Assembly (NCBI GenBank): GCA_002104905.1
Contig: MCFE01000542.1
Span: 1 to 60,406 of the forward strand
Source of the DNA: Basidiobolus meristosporus CBS 931.73
Taxonomy: Eukaryota; Fungi; Basidiobolomycota
Length of the DNA: 60,406 nt
Direction of reading: 5' to 3'
Shown here: positions 33,271-45,903 of the stretch, in pieces
Numbering within the stretch: the first letter of the stretch is position 1
Layout of the letters: every line of letters starts with the position of its first letter
Notes under the pieces: generated by a model
The model's database searches: none
What the model was told of the DNA's origin: nothing
The model's input: only the letters and a program-made list of their open reading frames with translations
Position numbers and translations under genes: made by a program

Positions 33271-34830
33271 TTAAGCCCAGTCACAGATGATGGAGCCTTG
33301 GAAGGGCTTGCACACGGTACCTGGGGCACAGGCTTGGGTGAAAACTCTACCGTTGGCGCAGACAGTGAATTTGTCGGATTTACCACCGTCAACGCACTTG
33401 TAGGTGCCGTTAACACAGGAGCCTTCAGTTGGCTTGGGGTGGGATCCAGCAGCAACGGTGACGGTCTTGGTCTTGGTCACAGTGACTGGAACACATGGCT
33501 TAGTGGGCTTGGGAGTCTCAACAGGCTTGTGGGTCTCAGTAACTTTGTGAGTCTCGGTAGTTTTGTGGGTTTCAACAGGCTTGTGAGTCTCAGTGTCCTT
33601 GTGAGCTTCGGTGGTCTTGTGAGCCTCGGTATCCTTGTGGGTTTCGGTGGTCTTGTGAGCCTCGGTATCCTTGTGGGCTTCGGTGGTCTTGTGAGCCTCA
33701 GTATCCTTGTGGGTTTCGGTGGCCTTGTGAGTCTCGGAAGCCTTGTCAGTGGCGGTGGTCTTGACAGTTTCAGTAGCCTTGGTAGTAGATTCAGACTTGA
33801 CGCTTTCGGTGGATTTATGGCTCTCGGTCTTCTCGGTAGAGGTGGTCTCCTTGGACTCGGTGGTCTTATGAGATTCAGTAGTCTTGGGGGTCTCAGTAGA
33901 TTTATGAGATTCAGTGGACTTGTGAGTCTCGGTGGACTTCTCAGTCTCAGTGGACTTGTGGGTCTCGGTGGACTTCTCGGTCTCAGTAGATTTGGGAGAC
34001 TCGGTAGACTTCTCAGTCTCAGTGGACTTGTGGGTCTCGGTGGACTTCTCGGTCTCGGTAGACTTGTGAGACTCGGTGGACTTCTCGGTCTCGGTAGACT
34101 TAGGAGACTCAGTGGACTTCTCGGTCTCAGTAGACTTGGGAGACTCGGTGGACTTCTCAGTCTCAGTGGACTTGTGGGTCTCGGTGGACTTGTGGGTCTC
34201 GGTGGACTTCTCGGTCTCGGTAGACTTGTGGGTCTCAGTGGACTTAGGAGACTCGGTGGACTTGTGGGTCTCGGTGGTTTCGGTGGACTTCTCGGTCTCG
34301 GTAGACTTGGGAGACTCAGTGGACTTCTCAGTCTCGGTAGACTTGTGGGTCTCAGTGGACTTCTCGGTCTCGGTAGACTTGTGGGTCTCAGTGGACTTCT
34401 CAGTCTCAGTGGACTTGTGGGTCTCAGTAGACTTCTCGGTCTCAGTAGGCTTATGGGTCTCGGTAGACTTCTCGGTCTCAGTGGACTTGTGGGTCTCGGT
34501 AACACTAGGTTGGGGTACCCAGGAGCTATAGACACTGCAGGTCATAGGAGCGAGTGCCTTGTAAGAAGCAACAGCGTTAGCATTACACTTGGAGTCAATG
34601 AAGCATTGGTCTCTGTCGTTAATGAAAGTCTTCTGGGCTGGATTGCTGTCATCGCAAAGGCAGCCTAGAGATTCATTATAGTTGGCACTGTTTTGATCCA
34701 TAGTGTATTTAGGAGTGCACTTGAGGCCAGCCTTCTCTACACACTTGTTGATACAGATATCAGGGTTTTCCCAAGCAGTGGCAACAGTTGCGGCAGCAAG
34801 GCCGGCAAGAACTTTGAGAGAGAAATGCAT
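33271..34830 (-). CDS. Gene C: secreted protein with one 8-Cys domain, xxKSTE hexapeptide repeats and CBM19-like C-terminus, 519 aa
   Basis: Signal peptide MHFSLKVLAGLAAATVATA; CINKCVEKAGLKC..YTMD..GCLC; ends IICDWA. Confidence 0.9.
   Translation of the reverse strand: MHFSLKVLAGLAAATVATAWENPDICINKCVEKAGLKCTPKYTMDQNSANYNESLGCLCDDSNPAQKTFINDRDQCFIDSKCNANAVASYKALAPMTCSVYSSWVPQPSVTETHKSTETEKSTETHKPTETEKSTETHKSTETEKSTETHKSTETEKSTETHKSTETEKSTESPKSTETEKSTETTETHKSTESPKSTETHKSTETEKSTETHKSTETHKSTETEKSTESPKSTETEKSTESPKSTETEKSTESHKSTETEKSTETHKSTETEKSTESPKSTETEKSTETHKSTETEKSTETHKSTESHKSTETPKTTESHKTTESKETTSTEKTESHKSTESVKSESTTKATETVKTTATDKASETHKATETHKDTEAHKTTEAHKDTEAHKTTETHKDTEAHKTTEAHKDTETHKPVETHKTTETHKVTETHKPVETPKPTKPCVPVTVTKTKTVTVAAGSHPKPTEGSCVNGTYKCVDGGKSDKFTVCANGRVFTQACAPGTVCKPFQGSIICDWA
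33910..34500 (-). repeat. 18-bp coding minisatellite (THKSTE/TEKSTE/SPKSTE)
   Basis: Units such as GAGACCCACAAGTCCACT, GAGACCGAGAAGTCTACC and GAGTCTCCCAAGTCTACC. Confidence 0.92.
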
Positions 34831-36219
34831 GATTGCAGCGTCGGTTAATGCCCTACAATAGGATCCAAGGCAGTGCTTATATAGCTGTAGGCTCCTCTAT
34901 ATTCTGGGACTTATTTAGGAAACCCGTTCACTCGCCGTTGGTGGAAAACATCTCATAACAAACGGAGGGAAGAAGTCCAAATAGACTCTCTCAACTAAAA
35001 GATTGAAATTCAATCGATTAAATTAATCGGTATACTAATGGAATAATACTAGTCCGTGGTTTCTAACTTTTACATGCCGTTAAGCATTCGACTGCCTTGC
35101 GCCACTTCCGCACAAGAAAGGAATTTGTTGGATCACCTTAGGATCCCCATACTTGGATGATAGAGTTTCGAATTTAATTATTTGGATATCCAATGAGCTT
35201 CCCTGAATCAGTGCCGTTTGGCAAGTTGGTAGAAGATTGAACCCTGGTTTAAGATAAGGAGGAGAATTGCTGTTGTCTCTGGTTGGCTTTTGGTTGCTCA
35301 GTTCTTGGGTTTGCTTGCTTTTTTTAGGTTCGGGACTGGCTTGATATATTATTCATAATGTAATCGGATAACACAAAAGTGGTGAAAGTTTCGATTTCTA
35401 TCAAAAATACATGGGCCTCTAAGCCATTTGATCAATATCGTTCTATTCTCATTGTTGCTACCGTAGTGGAATGCAATTGTAAACGCCATAAAACAAGAAT
35501 GCCATGCCTCCCGACTATCAGGCAATGTTTAGTACTTTTTTTGACAGCGTAATGACTCAGCACACATTTTTATCGAAGCAAATATAATTTGCTGTCAGTT
35601 TAAACCTGAAGTTAGATATGATCGCTATGGTGATTTGATAACACATGAGTTACAGCGATATAATGCTAAAATCGTACCTTTTTGTACATAATTTGAAACT
35701 ATAAATAACTGTTGACCTTACACAGGAGATGTATTCAAGTATATCACAATTTGAGTCATCTTTAGTAGATGGCAGTTTTACTCCGATATCCAATATGGTG
35801 CTTAATATACATTTCAAGAGCAGGCTAATCGGTCCTGCGCTGTGTATTTACGTCTGAGTGTTAAGAAGGCATTATGCTTCGTATAGTTAGAATTGGAAAT
35901 AAGCTCTTATTTTTGAAGCAATTAAAATGCGAAATTCATAACATTTAAAATACCCACTAGACAATATCCCTAATATATGGGCGATTAGAAGGTCAATTGC
36001 AACAACCTCCATCAGTGATCCAAGTGCTCAAAATCATACACATTCATTGTGATTTGCAGTGTTTGGATGAACGTGTAACACCTCGCTGGTACCGTATTTG
36101 TGGTAAACCTTGTACTTAAGCCTAACTACTTATTTCGAATTGCTCACTTAGGTCATACTATATAAAGCCAACATTTTGTGACCAAATTATATGACAATTT
36201 GACTACCATTACTAAATAT

Positions 36220-36900
36220 TGTAACTCTGGTGGTTACACCTAAATATTCACTGGTCTTACTTGCTTGGCTTATAGCCTACAAATATTGAAGTATTTCACT
36301 CATATTCCTTGTTGAGATTTACTGATTATACTTTGCCAAAATATCATATACCATGGACACATAATCTCAAGGTTGTCCAAAGTGCTCAACTTTGTTAGAG
36401 TTTGGGGATATTGGAAGTGATTGGGAGAACAGGTAGATTACATGGATTTCACTTAATGATTTATTGAGTGTAAAAGGGGTATTTTTACTTTCATATAGTC
36501 TTGGCAATACAAACATGCTGAGTATGTTTAGAAAGATCCTAAGAGTATTTGTGCAAAGTTTTGAGCAGTTTGAACAACTGTGAGAACTCTCATGTTCTGA
36601 GTACCTGATGTTTTGGTAAAAAGATCTCAGGTAAATCCCTTCAAGGAAATTGGTCAGTAATTTATAAGATTTGTAGGTAATGTTCCAAATGACTAAATTA
36701 GGTGGATATTCAGGTGGAATTGCAGACTTCTATAACACCAAAGGCTTTGCACACATGTTTTTTAGATTTTCCTGAGCATATTTTATGTGTTTCCCTTGCC
36801 AAGACTTTGCAAAAGTACAAATGTCACTTTGTAACTGTTAACCACCAAGCAAAATCCTCATTATCCATTTGCACTCCTGATTACATCCAATACCTCCAAG
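36220..36900 (+). mobile_element. Old, highly degenerate copia-family LTR interrupted by the LTR at 36393-36737
   Basis: Pieces on both sides align to successive parts of the family LTR (CACCTAAATATTCAC.., GGTTGTCCAAA.. | CTTTGCACACATG.., GCCAAGAC); limits approximate. Confidence 0.55.
36393..36737 (-). mobile_element. Diverged copia LTR
   Basis: Colinear homology to 37999-38347. Confidence 0.8.
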
Positions 36901-37014
36901 TTCTTACTGTGGATTATAAGTCTCAAGATGTCACTCTCTGGAATTTATACTACTGCTGCCACTTGAGATTTCTGTTTTAGGAGTCTTGGAGATATTGGAA
37001 GTGATTGGGAAAAT

Positions 37015-37998
37015 TGTTGTAAGAGTCTTGGAGATACTGGAAGTGATTTGGGAGGACAAGTAGATTATGAGGTTTTCACTTAATGATTGATTGAATGTAA
37101 AAGTAGTATTTATGCTTTTACATGGTCTTGGCATTACAAACATGTAGAATGGGTTAAGGAAGGTCCCAAAAACCTGTGTGCAAAGTTTGGGGCTGTTTGG
37201 ACAACTTTGAGAACTTTTCTTATTCTGGGTACCTGATATTATGGTGAGAATATTCTAAGTAAATCCAAACAAAGAATTTGGTCAGTATTCCCTAGGATTT
37301 GAAGGTGACAATCTAAGTGACTAAGTTAGGTGAATATTCAGGTGGACTTACAAATTTTGACAACACTCACACTCAGGTCAGAATCAGGACCAGTCAATAT
37401 AAACATTTAGCTAAGATATTCAAACTTGTCTCTAGCTAATGGTTTGGTAAATATGTCTGCAATCATTTCATATGAAGGACAGTAAGCTAAGCTAACTAAG
37501 TTATTCTCTAAAGCTTCACGTATGAAATGATGTCTAATATCTGTGTTCTTAGTTCTAACATGAAAAGTTGGATTTCTACTTAATAGTATACATCCTTGAT
37601 TATCTTGAAATAAAGTAATGGTGTTTTTTGACATAGGCCTATATCCATAAAAGGCTTTCTTAACCACACTGCTTCTTTTGTAGCTTCACAGGCTGCCATA
37701 TACTCTGCCTCTGTGGTGGAAAGTGCTATGGTTGGTTGCTTTCTTGAATTCCATGAAATTACTCCTTGACAGTATTGATAGGTTTATCCCGTTGTGGATC
37801 TTCTGACTTCTAAATTTTGTCCCCAATCAGAATCAGAGTATCCCACAAGATTCTGCTCTGAATCCTTATAAGTGTATCTTAAGCAGACATCAGCAGTTCC
37901 TTTTAGATATCTAAAAATCTGCTAAACTGCTGCAATATGATCAGATCCATAGTTCTGATTATGCTGGCTGACACCTCCCACTGAATATGAGTTATCTG
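37015..37998 (-). mobile_element. 3' LTR (37015-37365) and RNase H/RT tail of an older, decayed copia copy
   Basis: LTR followed by PPT variant CTCACACTCAG; broken HVRTKNTDIRHHFIRE coding remnant. Confidence 0.88.
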
Positions 37999-38358
37999 TG
38001 TTGTAAGAGTCTTGGAGATATTGGAAGTGATTTGGAGAACAAGTAGATTATGTGGTTTTCACTTAATGATTTATTGAATGTAAAAGTGGTATTTATACTT
38101 TTACCTGGTCTTGGCATTACAAACACGTAGAATAGGTTAAGGAAGGTCCCAAGAACATGTGTGCAAAGTTTGGGGCTGTTTGGACAACTTTGAGAATTTT
38201 CATGTTCTGGGTACCTGGCATTTTGGTGAAAATATTCTAAGTAAATCCCGACAAGGAATTTGGTCAGTATTCTCTAGGATTTGAGGGTAATGATCTAAGT
38301 GACTAAGTTAGGTGAATATTTAGGTGGAAATTACGAATTTTACAACACTCCCACTCAG

Positions 38359-41300
38359 CTAAATGTTCATACTGACTAGTCCTAATTTTGACCTAAGATA
38401 TTCAAACTTGTCTCTAGCTAATGGTTTGGTAAATATGTCTGCAATCATTTCATCTGTAGGACAGTAAACTAAGCTAACTAAGTTATTCTCTATAGCTTCA
38501 CGTATGAAATGATGTCTAATATCTATGTGCTTGGTTCTAGCATGAAAAGTTGGATTTCTACCTAATTGTATACATCCTTGATTATCTTGAAATAAAGTAA
38601 TAGGCGTTTTTTGACATAGGCCTAAATCTGTAAAGAGCTTTCTTAACCACATTGCTTCTTTTGTAGCTTCACAGGCTGCCATATACTCTGCCTCTGTGGT
38701 AGAAAGTGCTACGGTTGGTTGCTTTCTTGAATTCCATGAAATTGCTCCTTGACAGTAAAGAAAGGTGTATCCTGTGGTGGATCTTCTGTCTTCTAAATTT
38801 CGTCCCCAATCTGCATCAGAGTATCCCACAAGATCTTGTTCTGAGTCCTTATAAGTGTATCTTAAGCAGATATCAGCAGTTCCTTTTAGGTATCTAAAAA
38901 TCCGCTTAACTGCTGCAATATGATCAGATCCATAATTCTGATTATGTTGGCTGACAACTCCCACTGAATATGAGATATCTGGACGTGTTCCAAGCATGAT
39001 ATACATCAGACTGCCGACCATAGATTGATAAGGAAAGTCAGGGCTTTCAGATGGCACCAAGCTCTCTTGATTTGGTTGAGTTTTGACCAAGTTAAGGTTT
39101 GTCTCCATTGGGGTGGCTGCCGGTTTACAGTCTTCCATTTTGTACTTCTTTAGTATATCTTGAATATACTTGGATTGGCTTAGGGTAATAGTCTGGGTAC
39201 TTCTGTCTATGGAGAACTTAATCCCTAAGTAGTAACTAAGTTCTCCTAGATCGGACATCTTGAACTCCTTAGATAGGCTGGATTTAGTCTCTTCCAATGT
39301 TTCTAGGTTATTGGCGGCTATAATAAGATCATCCACATATAGAGCTAATAGAACTGGATTTGCTCTATCTGGCTTATAGTATATACTATAGTCAGCATTA
39401 CTTCTTTTGAAACTCAAAGATTCCAAATAAGAATCTATCTTGCAATTCCAGGCTCTCGGTGATTGTTTGAGACCATATAGTGACTTTTTAAGCTTGCAGA
39501 CCAAATGGGGGTTATTTTGGTCAACAAACCCATCAGGCTGGTCCATATACACGTCCTCATCAAGTTCTCCATTCAAAAATGCAGTTTTTACATCCATTTG
39601 ATGAATAAAAAACTTATATTTGGCTGCAATAGCCAATATTAATCTGATGGAATTAAACTTGGCTACCGGTGCAAAGGTCTCAGTATAGTCAAGTCCTTTT
39701 GTTTGAGAGTATCCTTTGGCTACAAGTCTTGCTTTGTATCTTTCAATTGTACCATCAGCCTTGTATTTTGTCTTGAAGACCCATCTGCATCCAATTGATT
39801 TTCGGTTGGTTGGTAATTTGACTAAGTCCCAAGTTTGATTTTCCATCAGTGCCTGATATTCCTCAGTCATTGCAGATCTCCAAAACTTCGTCTGAGGGCT
39901 ATTTAGGGCCTCTTTTACAGTCTGGGGTTCATCAACATGGACTGAATAGGCATAGGCTAAGTTTGTACCCTCATTGATATAGTAATTTGGGCTATTTCTT
40001 GTCCGATTGGATCTCCGGGCATTTGATACTGGAATGATCACTTCTGGGATATTCCTGGGCACTGATTCTGGCTGAACCACGGTTGTAGAGTCCTCTGGAG
40101 TGAAAAAATTTTCATTGTTTTGCTCTGATTCAATCCTGACAATTGGTGGACTTGAGATCAAATTTTCGTCATCATCTGATGTCATTTTTTGTGAAAATTT
40201 TGAATTTTCATCAAACAACACATCCCTGGACTTGATCAGCTTCTTTGCTTCGGTATTGTAGAGTCTGTATGCCTTACTCTCATTGCAGTAGCCCAAAAAT
40301 ATGCATTTTACACTTTTTGGCTCAAATTTTGACTGATTTCCGGCCAGTTTTTTGGCATATGCTGTACACCCAAATATTCTTAGATGTTCTGCACTTGGTC
40401 TGTATCCATACCATGTTTCAAATGGAGTAGAATCACGAAGTATTCTGTTATAACTCCTATTTTTAAGATATACAGCAGTGGCAACTGATTCCGCCCAAAA
40501 ATCATAGGATAATTTTTGATCATGGATCATAGATCTTGCCATATCAATTATTGATCTGTTAGCTCGTTCTGCTACTCCATTTTGCTGTGGGGAGTATGGT
40601 ACAGTAGTCTCTTGCTTTATCCCATGAATTTTGCAGAAGTGGATGAAGAGTTTTGAGGTATATTCTCCACCATTGTCAGAGCGTATTTTCTTGATTTTTT
40701 CACCAGTTTCTCTCTCCACCATGGCTTTAAACTCCCTGAACTTAGACAGAGCTTCTTCCTTTCTCTCCATGAAGTAGACCCATGTGTATCTTGTATAATC
40801 ATCAATAAAAGTGATTAAATACTTCATCCCGCCTAAGGATAAATTTTGCATAGGTCCACACAGATCTGAGTGAATTAGATCTAATTTTTTCTTAGTTTTG
40901 ATTAACCCAGAGCTCTTGAACGGTTGTCTGGCTTGTTTCCCATATATGCAGGCTTCACAGTGCTCCAAATTAGCTGGGGGATCAATTTTCACTCCAGAAA
41001 TTAGCTGATCTTTGATCATTTTACGCAAATAATCAAAATTGATGTGTCCAAATCTCCTGTGCCAAAGCATTGGTGTTTCTTCATTTAAGTTACTTATATT
41101 GGCTTCCAGATATGATGGAATATAAGTCAACTTGTATAGATTCTGATCTCTGATGCCCGAAGCAATATGAGCACCATTTTGATCAGTGATCCTGCATCCA
41201 GAATTGTCAAAACTGAAACTGAGTCCTTCTGCTGTGGCCTTGCTTACAGAGAGTAGGTTCTTGGCTATTTCTGGTACATAGAGTACTTCTTTAAAGGTCA

Positions 41301-42329
41301 GTGTATGGCTTCCTTTGCTGCTTCTAAGGTTTACTTGGATAGTTCCTTCTCCCACTGCATCAAGTGTTCTATCGTCACCCATGAAAACCTTCTTAATTGG
41401 AATTTCTTGATATTGGGTAAAAAGTTCTTTTTGGTGTGTAAAGTGTTGAGAAGCTCCAGAGTCAATATACCACGTCTGAGAATCCTTGTTTGTGGTCATA
41501 TTTAGTGCAGATATGAATAGTCTATCTTCAGTTGTTGCAGCATTTCCATATTCAGGCTTCTTTTGCTGATAATCTCTCTTTTTGAAACACCGGTCTGATG
41601 TGTGTCCTTTCCTTTTGCAGTAGTTGCAAAATAGGTTGCTGTTGCCTTTGTAGGGTCTTGGGTACCTCCTTTGTTGGTTATCATTGCTTATTAAAGCATT
41701 TTCTTCTTCCTTCTTATTGGTGCTTGATTTTCTTAATTCTTCATCCAGGAGCCTTCCATATACGTAATTTAAGGTCAAATCTTCAGTTCTGGACTCTAGG
41801 CTGATACAAGGCCCTGAAACTCGTCTGTCAGGCTATTCAGGATGGTAACTATCACATCCTCATCAGTAGTTGGTACGCCCACAGATTCCATCTCATCTAC
41901 CAGCAGGGTAATTCTGTTAATTAGATTTTTCATTTCTTCTCCTGGCAGCATCTTTGTAGTAAAGAATTTTCTTCTCAGATACATTTTCTTGGCAGCTGAA
42001 CATGACTGGTAGGTGTCTTCTAATGCCTTCCAGGCATTCTTTGCCGTTTTTGCTCTTGAGCATTGAATTAGCAATTTGTCCTTGACATTAAGGCAAATGC
42101 AGTTAAAGGCACTTTGTTCTTTCTTCTGGTACTTTAAGGCTTCCTCTCCCACGTTTTTAGGAGGGCATTCTTCTCCCATGACAATATCCCAAAGGCCTCT
42201 TTCTTGCAGCAGCATCTTCATCTTCACCTTCCACACTTGGTAGTTAGATCCATCCAACTTTTCAGCAGAGGGAAAAATTCCAGTAATAGCAGTAGTAGAC
42301 ATTGCAGAGAGTGACAGCTCGGGGCTCAT
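38359..42329 (-). CDS. Copia Gag-Pol polyprotein (~1323 aa if the 1-nt deletion at ~41799 is restored)
   Basis: KLDGSNYQVW gag; CNYCKRKGHTSDRC; WYIDSGAS protease; HSDLCGP / RSDNGGEY / NGVAER integrase; QMDVKTAFLNG and LYVDDL RT; YSDADW RNase H, in copia order. Confidence 0.93.
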
Positions 42330-42333
42330 AACC
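42320..42333 (-). promoter_or_regulatory. Copia PBS complementary to the initiator-tRNA(Met) anticodon arm
   Basis: GGTTATGAGCCC directly after the 5' LTR pairs with GGGCTCATAACC of fungal tRNAi-Met. Confidence 0.8.
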
Positions 42334-42697
42334 TGTTGTAAGAGTCTTGGAGATATTGGAAGTGATTTGGAGAACAAGTAGATTATGTGGTTTTCACTTA
42401 ATGATTTATTGAATGTAAAAGTGGTATTTATACTTTTACCTGGTCTTGGCATTACAAACACGTAGAATAGGTTAAGGAAGGTCCCAAGAACATGTGTGCA
42501 AAGTTTGGGGCTGTTTGGACAACTTTGAGAATTTTCATGTTCTGGGTACCTGGCATTTTGGTGAAAATATTCTAAGTAAATCCCGACAAGGAATTTGGTC
42601 AGTATTCTCTAGGATTTGAGGGTAATGATCTAAGTGACTAAGTTAGGTGAATATTTAGGTGGAAATTACGAATTTTACAACAATCTGGACATGTTCC

Positions 42698-43046
42698 TGT
42701 TGTAAAAATTCAGAATTCCACCTAAATATTCACCTAACTTAGGCACTTAGATCATCACCTTCAAATCCTAGAGAGTACTGAACAAATTTCTTGTTTGGAT
42801 TTACTTAGAATATTTTCACTAAAATACCAGGTACCCAGAACATCAAAATTCTCAAAGTTGTCCAAACAGCCCCAAACTTTGCAAGCATGTTCTTGGGATC
42901 TTCCTTAACCTATCCTACGTGTTGGTAATGCCAAGACCAGGTAAAAGTATAAATACTACTTTTACATTCAATAAATCATTAAGTGAAAGCCACATAATCT
43001 ACTTGTTCTCCCAATCACTTCCAATATCTCCAAGACTCTTACAACA
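42698..43046 (+). mobile_element. Copia LTR, opposite orientation
   Basis: 349 bp, TGTTGTAA...TTACAACA. Confidence 0.92.
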
Positions 43047-43339
43047 GTTTTCACTTAATGATTTACTGAATGTAAAAGTAGTATTTATACTTTTACCTGG
43101 TCTTGGCATTACAAACACGTAGGATAGGTTAAGGAAGGTCCCAAGAACATGTGTGCAAAGTTTGGGGCTGTTTGGACAACTTTGAGAATTTTGATGTTCT
43201 GGGTACCTGGTAGTTTGGTGAAAGTATTCTAAGTAAGTCCCAACAAGAAATTTGGTCAGTATTCTCTAGGATTTGAAGGTGATGATCTAAGTGACTAAGT
43301 TAGGTGAATATTTAGGTGGAATTACAAATTTTTACAACA
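43047..43339 (-). mobile_element. Truncated copia LTR
   Basis: Lacks the ~56 bp of the low-coordinate end; the rest is colinear. Confidence 0.9.
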
Positions 43340-43570
43340 ACCTGATCATGTGACTAAGACATGTGGCCTGGTATTTCCATATATGGTACTGGACTATGAA
43401 AAATATGTTGGGAAGCTTCCATGGAATGTTCCATTGTGTAACAATGGTTTGGAATGGTCAGGAACTTTCTGGAAGGTAGTAGAAGGTTCCAGAAGGAATC
43501 TCTTAGAAATTGAGCTAGGAAGCTGAAACTTGGCGTGGGTGTTCATGGTTGTCATGTTATCATGACAATT

Positions 43571-45903
43571 GGCATCAATTGATTTTTGATTGATTGGTAA
43601 TTTGATAAAGTCCCAAGTTTGATTTTCCATCAGGGCCTGATACTCCTCAGTCATTGCAGATCTCCAAAACTTTGTCTGAGGGCTATTTAGGGCCTCTTTT
43701 ACAGTCTGGGGCTCATCAATATGGACTGAATAGGCATAGGCTAATCTTGTACCCTCATTGATATTGTAATTAGGACAATTTCTGGTCTGGTTGGACCTTC
43801 TGGTTTTAATACCAAAATGATCACTTCCAGGATATTCCTGGGCACTTATTCAGGCTGAACCACAGTTGTTGAGTCCTCTGAAGTAAAAAATTCTCATGGT
43901 TTTGCTCTGATAAAAACCTAACAATTGGTGAATTTGAGATCAGATTTTCATCATCATCTGATGTCATTTGTTGTGAAAATCTTGAATTTTCATCAAACAA
44001 CACATCCCTGGACTTAATCAGCTACTTTGCTTTGGTATTGTAGAGTCTGTATGCCATACTCCCATTGCAGCAGCCCAAAAATATGTATTTTGACTTTTAG
44101 GCTCAAATTTTGACAGATTTCCAGGCAGTTTCTTGGCATATGCTGTACACCTAAATATCCTTAGATGTTCTGACTTGGCCTGTATCCATACCATGCTTCA
44201 AGTGGAGTAGAATCACAAACTATTCTGCTATAACTCTTACTTTTGAGATATACAGCTGTAGCAGTTAATTCTGCTCAAAAATCATAAGATAATTTTTAAT
44301 CATGGATCATAGATCTTGCCATATCAATTATTGATCTGTTTGCATGTTCTGTCTCTCCATCTTGCTGTGGGGAGAATGGTGCAGTAGTCTCTTGCTTTAT
44401 CCCATGAATTCTGCAATAGTGGATGAAGAGTTTTGAGGTATATTCTGTTTTAAAAATTTGTAATTCCACCTAAATATTCACCTAACTTAGTCACTTAGAT
44501 TATTATCCTCAAATCCTAGAGAATACTGACCAAATTCCTTGTTGGCATTTACTTAGAATATTTTCACCAAAATACCAGGTACCCAGAACATGAAAATTCT
44601 CAAAGTTGTCCAAACAGCCCCAAACTTTGCACACATGTTCTTGGGACCTTCCTTAACCTATTTATGTGTATGTAATGCCAAGACTATATATAAGTGTAAA
44701 TACTACTTTTACATTAAACAAATCATTAAGTGAAACCCACATAATCTACTTGTCCTCCCAATCACTTCCTATGTCTCCAAGACTCTTATAACATATTCTC
44801 CACCATTGTCAGAGCGTATTTTCTTGTTTTTTTCACCAGTTTCTCTCTCCACCATGGTTTTAAACTCCCTAAACTTGGACAGAGCTTCTTCCTTTCTTTG
44901 CATGAAGTAGACCCAAGTGTATCTTGTACAATCATCAATAAAAGTGATTAAATACTTCATCCTGCCTAAGGATAAGTTTTGATAAATTTTGCATAGGTCC
45001 ACACATATCAGAGTGGATTAGATCCAATTTTTTCTTAGTTTTGATTAACCCTGAGCTCTTGAACAGCTGTCTGGCTTGTTGTCCATATATGCAGGCTTCA
45101 CAATGCTCCAAATTAGCTGGGGGATCAGTCTTTACTCTGGAAATTAGCTGATCTTTGATCATTTTGCGCAAATAATCAAAATTGATGTGTCCAAATCTCC
45201 TGTGCCAAAGCATTGGTGTTTCTTCATTTAAGTTACTTATATTAGATTCTAGATATGATGGAATATAAGTCAACTGGTATAGATTCTGATCTCTGATACC
45301 CAAAGCAATATGGGCATTATTTTCATCAGTGATCCTGCATCCAGAATTCTCAATACTGAAACTTAGTCCTTTGGCTGTGGCCTTGCTTACAGATAGTAGG
45401 TTCTTGGCTATTTCTGGTACATAGAGTACTTCTATGAAGGTGAGTGTGTGGCTTCTGTCACTGCTTCTGAGGTTTACTTGGATAGTTCCTTCTCCAACAG
45501 CATCAAGTGTTCTATCATCACCCATGAAAACCTTTGTAATTGGAATTTCTTTATATTCGATAAAAAGTTCTTTTAGGTGTGTGAAGTGTTGATATGCTCC
45601 AGAGTCAACATACCATGTCTGAGAATCCTTGTTTGTGGTCATATTCAGTGTAGATATGTATAGTCTATCTTCAGTTGTTGCAGTGTTTCCACATTCAGTC
45701 TTTTTCTGCTGATTATCTCTCTTTTTGAGGCACCAATCTGATGTGTATCCTTTCCGTTTGCAGTAGTGGCAAAACAGGTTGCTGTTGCCCTTAAAGGGTC
45801 TTGGGTACCTTGTTTGTTGGTTATCATTGCTTATTAAAGCAATTTCTTCCTCCTTTTTATTGGCACTTGATTTTCTTAATTCTTCATCCAGGAGCCTTCC
45901 ATA
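43571..45903 (-). pseudogene. Decayed internal region (gag knuckle, protease, integrase, RT start) of the older copia copy
   Basis: High similarity to 39780-41760 with stops and frameshifts; split by the LTR at 44446-44793. Confidence 0.9.
44446..44793 (+). mobile_element. Copia solo LTR inserted in the older integrase
   Basis: TSD TATTC at 44441-44445 and 44794-44798. Confidence 0.93.

Larger units (their letters stand above)
37999..42682 (-). mobile_element. Full-length Ty1/copia LTR retrotransposon
   Basis: Two 349-bp LTRs (37999-38347, 42334-42682) identical by eye with TGTTGTAA inverted ends; 5-bp TSD ATCTG; PBS and PPT (GAGTGGGAG, 38348-38356) present. Confidence 0.98.

Noticed and set aside
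33910-34500. Regular short repeats resembling a CRISPR array
   Set aside because: Contiguous 18-bp in-frame coding units with no unique spacers, in a eukaryotic gene with no cas genes.
33208-34668. 486-aa Gly/Leu-rich ORF on the + strand (also 47835-48548 and many 60-190 aa ORFs over genes A-F)
   Set aside because: These are antisense or alternate-frame shadows of S/T/E/K repeats that happen to lack stops; they have no signal or domain, and the opposite strand carries the coherent gene.
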